From positions 1-9,301 of the forward strand of contig NW_021827894.1 in assembly GCF_006345805.1 (NCBI RefSeq): DNA of 9,301 nt. Direction: 5' to 3'. Both the position numbers and the translations under genes were made by a program. Positions 1-6,879 of the stretch are shown one piece after another. The notes beneath the pieces are model-generated. The model did no database searches. It saw only the letters and a program-made list of their open reading frames with translations, and was not told the origin of the DNA. The stretch is from Octopus sinensis. Its lineage: Eukaryota. How positions within the stretch are numbered: position 1 is the first letter of the stretch; every line of letters begins with the position of its first letter.

Positions 1-190
1 GAACCCCTTCGTCAGTGATAAATGTGGCAAAGAAATAAATGAGATACTTACTCATACCCATGGAAGAAGCAAAACACTAAGTCGTGAGCACGACTAAATA
101 CCCCAAATACATCCAAAATTAGAAATGCTCCAGCCATTCAAGACACGTGCGATTTGATTTGAACTGAGGCTCTACAGAGTGAGAGTGTCC

Positions 191-233
191 ATATATATAT
201 ATATATTGTATATATATATATATATTATATATA

Positions 234-277
<44 letters not shown>

Positions 278-298
278 GTATATATATACATACACATA
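191..298. repeat. (TA)n microsatellite with TATG/CA variants
   Basis: Near-continuous TA dinucleotide run with a few interruptions. Confidence 0.97.
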
Positions 299-565
299 CG
301 CGAGGTGGGTTCAAAAACTATCCAGCTTTATTTTCTCCCGCAAAAACAATTGTCACGTGGACAAAATCCTTTGGATGTGAGGTGACGCTATCTTCCTGTG
401 CCTGCTTTGAAAATGTGGTGGTAGGCCACGTTTGTTTCGGGCCGTTACGCTTCGAGTACAGCCGTGCAGTGCGCGCTTGTTTACACGCAACATTGCCGAA
501 CTCATATCTCATCGCTACAAGTGAGATGGGTTTCATAGAAGAAAAATGGTTGAGAGCCATTGCTG
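299..565 (+). mobile_element. Possible 5' end of a mariner/Tc1-like DNA transposon (truncated)
   Basis: Starts CGAGGTGGGTTCAAAAACTATCC next to a TA tract, resembling the TA-CGAGG..TTCAAAAAGTATCC type of mariner terminal inverted repeat as I recall it. No matching right terminus or transposase is visible in the window. Confidence 0.4.
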
Positions 566-750
566 CACACACACACACACACACACGTATGTGTACAAAC
601 GCGCACACATATATATATATATATATATACATATGTGCATATAATATAAATATGTTTGTGGGTAGATACACGCATACATAAATACACGCACATACACGTA
701 TATATATTATATATATATAATATATATATATACGTATGTATGTAAGTGCG
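565..750. repeat. Compound (CA)n/(TA)n low-complexity tract
   Basis: Alternating CA and TA runs. Confidence 0.9.
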
Positions 751-837
751 CATGTGTGCAGTGAAATGAAATGGGAGCTACAGGCGAAGTAGGCTAGAGA
801 TAATCTGGAGAATAATGATAACCGACCAGTTTGGTTG

Positions 838-950
838 GCCGCCATCTTTGTTACCACTAAATATTGCCTTAGGCACAAAATGACAATAACAGCCACAAAA
901 ACAAAACAACTTCGATTTTGTCATTTTTGTGTCCACTTTTCTTCTTCCGG
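838..950. promoter_or_regulatory. Candidate housekeeping-type promoter motifs: YY1-like site (838-848) and ETS-like CTTCCGG (944-950)
   Basis: GCCGCCATCTT matches the YY1 consensus CCGCCATNTT; CTTCCGG is the reverse complement of the ETS/GABP core CCGGAAG. Both lie in unique sequence between repeats. Motif evidence only. Confidence 0.3.
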
Positions 951-1024
951 GCTGGTTTTTGATGTTCAGCCTCTTGTGCGATTTCTATTAACATGAATAT
1001 CCTGTCTATATTTTAAAGCACATA

Positions 1025-1255
1025 GGCGGCGAGCTGGCAGAATCGTTAGCACGCCGGGCGAAATGCTTAGCAGCATTTCGTCTGCCGTTACGTTCTGAGT
1101 TTAAATTCCGCCGAGGTCGACTTTGCCTTTCATCCTTTCGGGGTCGATTAAATAAGTATCAGTTACGCACTGGGGTAGATGTAATCGACTTAATCCGTTT
1201 GTCTGTCCTTGTTTGTCCTCTCTGTGTTTAGCCCCTTGTGGGTAGTAAAGAAATA
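1025..1255 (+). mobile_element. tRNA-derived SINE family A, full-length monomer 1 (tail type X)
   Basis: A-box-like TGGCAGAATCG, B-box-like GAGTTTAAATTCC (1097-1109), and body CCGAGGTCGACTTTGCCTTTCATCCTTTCGGGGTCGAT shared with copies at 1256, 8353, 8575 and 9062; ends in AAAGAAATA. Confidence 0.9.
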
Positions 1256-1407
1256 GGTATTTCCTCTGTCTTTACGTTCTGGGTTCAAATTCCGCCGAGG
1301 TCGACTTTGTGTTTCATCCTTTCGGTGTCGATAAATTAAGTACCAGTTGTGTACTGGGGTGGATCTAACCCGCCAAATTTCGGGCCTTGTGTCTAGAGTA
1401 TAAAAGG
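1256..1407 (+). mobile_element. SINE family A, 5'-truncated monomer 2 (tail type Y), fused to monomer 1
   Basis: Restarts mid-body (GGTATTTCCTCTGTCTTTACGTTCTGGGTTCAAATTCCGCCGAGGTCGAC) and ends with the tail AAATTTCGGGCCTTGTGTCTAGAGTATAAAAGG. Confidence 0.9.
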
Positions 1408-2004
1408 ATATTTTAAAGCATGCGTGTGAATAGTCATTTATATATGTGTTCATCGTACTCTTAGCTGTATACACAAATATAGACACACAATTCTGTAAAT
1501 CGACATATTTCTTGGCCTGGCATTTTTTTTCAAATTCTATATTCCATTTCTTATAATATTTTCCTATGTTTTCAAAGATGATCATTTGCATATATATATA
1601 TATAAAATGCTCTCTCAATTAAAATTGCACTTCAATTTCGATGCTCTGACGAAGCTACAACGCAATAGACAATCACTCCCGTATTAGTGCATAATATCTT
1701 ATAGCAGAAACAGAGGTTAAACCAATGAAGTTCCTGACACAATCTCTTCTCTTGTCATCTATTTACGCCTGGCCCAAGTGAAACGTAAGCTTGTCGATGT
1801 ATTTCTCAGTGGATCGCCTAGATACAAGTCACCTGTATTGAAATTTCAAGTTAATATTTACACCTCTTTGATTATATAGTACGTCTTGCAGGTGTAGATG
1901 ATTTAGCTCTGTATAAATAATTTCTATTTATCTGCCGGCTGAAGACTGTCTCTTTGTGTGTTTCATATTTATTCAGCTCCCAGGAACTTCTTTGTTTTCC
2001 GGGC

Positions 2005-2111
2005 ATACATACACACACACAATGATATGATATATATATATATATGTATACATTGCTAGATGTAATTATATACATATAGATAGATGATAGCTATATAATA
2101 TCTATCTATCT

Positions 2112-2152
<41 letters not shown>

Positions 2153-2174
2153 ATATCATATATATATCATATAT

Positions 2175-2224
<50 letters not shown>

Positions 2225-2235
2225 ATATATATATG

Positions 2236-2269
<34 letters not shown>

Positions 2270-2277
2270 TGTAGGTA

Positions 2278-2319
<42 letters not shown>

Positions 2320-2335
2320 CATACACAAACATACT
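2005..2335. repeat. Compound microsatellite: (CA)n, (TA)n, (TATC)n about 2099-2152, (GA)n about 2253-2269
   Basis: Directly visible simple repeats. Confidence 0.95.
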
Positions 2336-2609
2336 CACTCACATATGTATATATATGTCTGTTTGTATGCAGGCACAAACACACACTCATACATAGCTAT
2401 ATGTGTACTCTCGCATAAAAAATATATATACATACACGCATATTTATGCCAATATTCATATATGTATATTTATGTATCTTCTTCCTTGCCTCTCTCACAT
2501 CTCCTAAATACATATAAACACATTTTTTCCATATATTTGTAGTTTTCTAACAGGCAAAAGTAATTTTAATTATAATACAAGGAACCTACACATACCTTCT
2601 CTCCCATTA

Positions 2610-2672
2610 ACACACACACACACACCACATATGCACGTACACGCACACACACACTCTCTCTCTCTCACACAC
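2610..2672. repeat. (CA)n/(CT)n microsatellite
   Basis: Directly visible. Confidence 0.9.
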
Positions 2673-2816
2673 GCATGCGCAAGCAGTGAAGAGACAACAA
2701 AGACAGGAACAATTAATAGTGACAGCATATGATGAATATGAACAGTAACTTATCTAAGAAATCGAAAAAAGTTTGAAAACGATATGTCTTTATTGCTTTC
2801 GGCATTCTAATGAACA

Positions 2817-3016
2817 GGGAGACTCAATGTGGCCACCGAACCTGCTAGACATAGCAGATAAATCTCCCACTTATCTCAACTTGACGTTTTCAATTAAAAA
2901 ATAGGAAAGACAGCATAATTTGAATTAAACTATATAAGGAATGACTTGATAGGTACGTATGGAAAGCCCCTGATCAATACGCTGCCCGGTCAAAGCAGAC
3001 CTGTGGTTAAACAAAA
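2817..3016 (+). mobile_element. Degenerate interspersed repeat 'family C' (retroposon-like)
   Basis: CTGCTAGACATAGCAG, GACAGCAT, TGATCA and GACCTGTGGTTAAACAA are collinear with the reverse complement of 4184-4372 (TTGCTAAAAATAGCAG, GGCAGCAT, TGATCA, GACCTTGGGTCAA). Confidence 0.55.
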
Positions 3017-3024
3017 ATATCAAA

Positions 3025-3230
3025 CTGGCAGAATCGTTAGTGCATCGGATATATTTCTTCCGACACTATGAATGACCTGTGTTCAAGTTTAGCTAAAGTC
3101 AATATCGCAGTTTTTTTTCTTTCGGAGTCGGTAAATCTAGACCGGTGGATTAGCAGATATGCAAGAACTTTAGACTGGATGACTTGCCCTACTACTTCCG
3201 ACTGATGGCATTCTGAGTTCAAATTCCAGC
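3025..3230 (+). mobile_element. Old, highly diverged SINE family A copy plus a B-box fragment
   Basis: CTGGCAGAATCGTTAG head, GTTCAAGTTT B-box remnant, CTTTCGGAGTCGGTAAAT body remnant, and a second TTCTGAGTTCAAATTCC at 3211-3227. Confidence 0.6.
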
Positions 3231-3318
3231 ATGGCTTACATGTGTGGTTGATCAAATCCATCACTCGGTTTAAAATCATCATCTGGTACCGTGGGACCAG
3301 GCGGCACATTAGTACAAT

Positions 3319-3622
3319 CATCCGCCATTTTACCCTACCACCCTCTCATCCGCCATCTTACTCCACTATCCTCTCATTCACCATTTTACCCAACCATCCT
3401 CTCATCTGCTATTTTACCCTACCACCCTCTCATCCGCCATCTTACTCTACCATCCTCTCATCCACCATTTTACTCAACCATCCATTCATCTGCTATTTTA
3501 CCCTACTACCATCTCATACGCCATTTTCCCCCACTACCCTCTCATCCACCATCTTACTCCGTCGTTTTCTCATCCGCCATTTTACCCTACCGCCCTCACG
3601 TCCACCATCTTAACCCCAACCG
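3319..3622. repeat. 28-bp minisatellite, about 11 units, consensus CATCCGCCATTTTACCCTACCACCCTCT
   Basis: Units start exactly every 28 bp (3319, 3347, 3375, 3403, 3431, 3459, 3487, 3515, 3543, 3571, 3599) with no indels in the first ten. Confidence 0.96.
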
Positions 3623-3924
3623 TTATTATCCAATCTCCAGCGTAAGGAACTTATTACAATATCCTTTGATTTACCAACTCTTATTAGTCGACAACTATGT
3701 TTACAAATGTCGGTGTAGGAAAACTCTAATACAGATATCGATCTATCTCTCTTCATATATCTACATGCAAATAACTTATCTTTTTAAAAACGTTTTTTCC
3801 TTCACATTTTTTTCAAATATATTTCTGGGTTCTAACCCCAACTTTGAAAATAATTATATATTTTTTTTTATTTTTCCAATTTTTTTTCCTAATGTTTACT
3901 TCCTAAAGAGTTCTTCCTGTGATG

Positions 3925-4140
3925 TGCATTGGCGGCGGTGATGCTTTGGGTTGCTTTATTTTTAGCGAGAAGTTCATACTAGTGGCGTGCTTTTATGGCG
4001 TTATTGAATCTGGTAGTTTAGGTGATGGCTGTGTTGGTCAATATGGAAGTGGTGGTGCGACGTTGTAGTGCAGGTGGCAGTAGGAAACTACTGTGGTAAT
4101 GGAGCTTTTGGTTGTAATTGAAATAGAGATGGGGAAGTAA
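3925..4140. repeat. Degenerate GGT/GT-rich low-complexity region
   Basis: G/T skew with scattered GGTGGT, GGTAGT and GGTGAT motifs. Confidence 0.4.
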
Positions 4141-4183
4141 GATGAGGTGAGAGAACTAATAGCAGTAGTAAATTATAGTAATT

Positions 4184-4372
4184 ACTTGACCCAAGGTCAG
4201 TCCTTACTGAACCGTGCAGTGATCAAAGTTGCTCCAGCCATGACCATGCCCTCTTTTTGTGTATCTAGGATTAAATTAGTGCATGCTGCCTTGATTTTAC
4301 GAAACATTGTAGTATATTTGAGAAAGAGAAATGGCTGCTATTTTTAGCAAATGGAACGAACACTTAGAGGCT
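4184..4372 (-). mobile_element. Interspersed repeat family C, minus-strand copy
   Basis: Reverse complement is collinear with 2817-3016; it also resembles an abundant octopus repeat as I recall it. Confidence 0.55.
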
Positions 4373-4410
4373 TTATAATTTTATAATTGATGTGTTGGAG
4401 AAATCTATGA

Positions 4411-4510
4411 TTTTGTGTGTCTAGGAGTAAATTAGATAACGTTGCCTTCATTTTATAAAACATTATAGAGTATTTGAGAGAAAGGTTTGGTTGCTATTTT
4501 TAGCAATTGG
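4411..4510 (-). repeat. Diverged partial duplicate of 4255-4354 (family C segment)
   Basis: Ungapped alignment by eye gives about 80 of 100 identical positions at offset 156. Confidence 0.85.
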
Positions 4511-4571
4511 CGAAAGCAATGCCACTAAGCATTATATCGGGCGTGAAAATTATTCTGTCAGCTCGTTGCCT

Positions 4572-4608
4572 TAATAATAATAATAATAATAATAATAATA
4601 TAATGATG

Positions 4609-4666
<58 letters not shown>

Positions 4667-4701
4667 TAATAATAATAATAATGATGATAATAATAATAAC
4701 G

Positions 4702-4762
<61 letters not shown>

Positions 4763-4826
4763 TAATAATAATAATAATAACAATAATAATAATGATGATA
4801 ATAATAATAATGATAATAATAATAAC
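4572..4826. repeat. Long interrupted (AAT)n trinucleotide microsatellite
   Basis: About 255 bp of AAT with GAT and AAC interruptions. Confidence 0.98.
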
Positions 4827-5029
4827 TGGAACGGCTCATGTACTGAGAAGAGCATTATCGTTGTGAAAACAACATCCATTCATGAATTTATTTATTCATT
4901 AATTTTTTAATACATATTTTACCTGTGGATTTGCGTGTGTATCTGGGCATGATACAATGAGCTTCTCTGCCCTAGGTGTACGAAAAACACCCGTCGAGAA
5001 ACGGAAGGAAATTTGAAGAAAGGAGGAAA

Positions 5030-5046
5030 AATAATAATAATAAAAC

Positions 5047-5112
<66 letters not shown>

Positions 5113-5139
5113 GAAGAAGAAGAAGAAGAAGAAGAAGAA
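5030..5139. repeat. (AAT)n followed directly by (AAG)n
   Basis: AAT run to 5110, AAG run 5111-5139. Confidence 0.97.
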
Positions 5140-5164
5140 AACTAAGTTGGGTTATGATCTGGGT

Positions 5165-5232
5165 AGTTGGGTTATGATCTATTGGCCTCTTCCCCCAAAA
5201 TTTCGGGCCTTGTACCTAGAGCAGAAAAGAAT
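5165..5232 (+). mobile_element. SINE family A 3'-tail fragment (tail type Y)
   Basis: TGGCCTCTTCCCCCAAAATTTCGGGCCTTGTACCTAGAGCAGAAAAGAATA matches the tails at about 1372-1410, 8505-8550 and 8724-8770. Confidence 0.85.
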
Positions 5233-5620
5233 ATTTAGTTAGCAACATCAAAACAACGAACGTGAAAGAAATGAACTGAAGATCACCGCATTGAGAGCTT
5301 GAGTAATTATCACAACTCCTTTTAACGGACGCTCTAGTGAATCTATCCATTCGATACTATGCAACATTCTACTCCAAATGAATGCGGCTTCGACTTTTCT
5401 GTCCGCCATTTATTCATAATTTATCAGTCCTTTTTGAACTCCATTTTAGTTTCCTAATTTCCGGTTTTTAATTTGTTTGGCAGCTGATTTCTTCAGAAAT
5501 TCTATGATAGATCTGTACCACATTTACATCGTGGAAAATGTTTGTTAGTATTCATAAAATAATATAAAGGCACCGTTTTATATACTCAGTTCTATTTCTG
5601 TAATGTGGATAAACCCTAAG

Positions 5621-5885
5621 GTGTGTGTGTGTGTGTGTGTGTGTGCGTGTGTTGTGTGTGTGCGTGTGTGTGTGTGTATTCAATAAGTGCAATGTCTCAT
5701 TATGTGGTTACAAGTGTGTGCGTGTTAATGTACGAGCATAGTTGTCTGTGCGTGTTGCATGTGTATGTGTGTGTGCGTCTGTGTGCACATGACTGAATAT
5801 GTGTTCGTGCGTGTGTGTGCCCATGTATTTGTATATGGAATCGTGTATGACTACGTGTGTGTGTATGTGTGTGTATGCATACGCG
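5621..5885. repeat. (GT)n microsatellite 5621-5677 and degenerate GT-rich extension
   Basis: Directly visible. Confidence 0.9.
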
Positions 5886-5957
5886 TAACTCCGTGACATT
5901 TACTTCCCTTTATTCCTTCCTTGTTCATTCTTTTAAGAATATTAATTGCTGGGAGGG

Positions 5958-6244
5958 TGGAGGCACATGGCCTAGTGGTTAGAGCAGCGGACTCGCGGGT
6001 TCGAATTTCAGACAGAGCGATGTGTGTGTTTATGAGCAAAACATCTAAGCTCCACGTGGCTCCGGCAGAAGGTAATGGCGAACTTCTGCTGACTCATTCG
6101 CCACAACTTTCACTCACTCTTTCCTCCTGCATCTTGCAGCTCACCTACGACGGTCTGGCGTCCCGTCCAGGTGGGGAACCTATACGCCAAGGAAACCGGG
6201 AAACCGGACCTTATGAGCCAAGGATGGCTCGAGAATGAACAAAC
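5958..6244 (+). mobile_element. Full-length tRNA-derived SINE family B with perfect 14-bp TSD
   Basis: A box TGGCCTAGTGG (5968-5978), B box GGTTCGAATTT (5998-6008), GAACAAACAA tail, and AATTGCTGGGAGGG at both 5944-5957 and 6245-6258. Confidence 0.93.
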
Positions 6245-6699
6245 AATTGCTGGGAGGGACACCGTATTTGTTTTGCAGCCATTGTACACCTTCAGGTATT
6301 TTAAGCGTTGATTGTTCAATACAGTGTTCTACTTTCGTGTTAGCAGTGCGTTGTTTTCATTTTTAAGTTTACCCTTACAGATTTTCGGTGTATATAGAAA
6401 ATCTAGAGAAAAACATTTATAAATCGTATTTTCAAGTTTGAAGACAGTTTCGTCGTACAAGTAGGTCCCGGGCGGTTTGTATAAATTCACATAATGATAA
6501 AACTATGCAATCACCCGGGTAGTATGACGCCCTCGAAGCGTGTCACAACGTATTGGCCCTTCATAATAGATGGGAGTACCCAAAAAATAAACACAAGAAA
6601 ATCCAAGGAAAAACAATAAAAACAAAAAATCCAAGAAAAAAACAATAAACATAAGTAAAATCCCACCCCCTAAATAGACACAAGTAAATGTAACAATTT

Positions 6700-6879
6700 G
6701 AGAACCGGTATTGGTGCGCTTATGTCCCCCGTAACTTAGCGGTTCGGCAAAAGATACCGATAGGATAAATACCAGGCTTAACAAAAATTACGTAGTAGGG
6801 TCGATTCATTCGACTACAATTTCTTCCAAGGCGGTGCCTCAGTATGGCCGCAGTCTAATGACTGAAATCTGTAAAAGAT
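6700..6879 (+). mobile_element. 3' half of another SINE ('family D'), 5'-truncated
   Basis: GTCCCCCGTAACTTAGCGGTTCGGCAAAAG...GGGTCGATTCATTCGACT...AGTATGGCCGCAGTCTAATGACTGAAA..GTAAAAGA resembles, from memory, the 3' part of a very abundant octopus SINE. It shares the GGGTCGAT..TCGACT module with family A. Confidence 0.65.

Larger units (their letters stand above)
1008..1420 (+). repeat. 13-bp direct repeat ATATTTTAAAGCA (1008-1020 and 1408-1420), putative TSD of the SINE dimer
   Basis: Identical 13-mers bracket both monomers. Confidence 0.75.

Noticed and set aside
130-190. Minus-strand B-box-like GTTCAAATC as a SINE head
   Set aside because: No A box or body similarity to any family in the window.
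179-896. ORFs at 179-385, 268-681, 318-896 and 502-753
   Set aside because: Largely YI/HT/VC translations of TA and CA microsatellites; no recognisable domain.
1725-1781. MKFLTQSLLLSSIYAWPK*, signal-peptide-like, with a nearby GTAAGC donor
   Set aside because: The stop codon precedes the good donor and the other frames are closed; likely chance.
3319-3622. CRISPR-like array (28-bp repeats)
   Set aside because: Units are contiguous with no unique spacers, no cas genes are present, and the context is eukaryotic.
3242-3941. 123-aa and 216-aa Pro/His/Ser-rich ORFs
   Set aside because: Explained by a C-rich, stop-poor minisatellite; two overlapping frames are open and there is no codon-level signal.
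3925-4140. Gly-rich coding potential in the GGT-rich region
   Set aside because: Interrupted by stops; typical degenerate trinucleotide sequence.
4507-5242. Poly-Ile, poly-Tyr, poly-Leu, poly-Asn and poly-Lys ORFs
   Set aside because: Direct translations of (AAT)n and (AAG)n tracts.
5958-6010. tRNA gene
   Set aside because: A and B boxes are present, but the anticodon arm is truncated, there is no acceptor stem or terminator, and it continues into a SINE body within a TSD.
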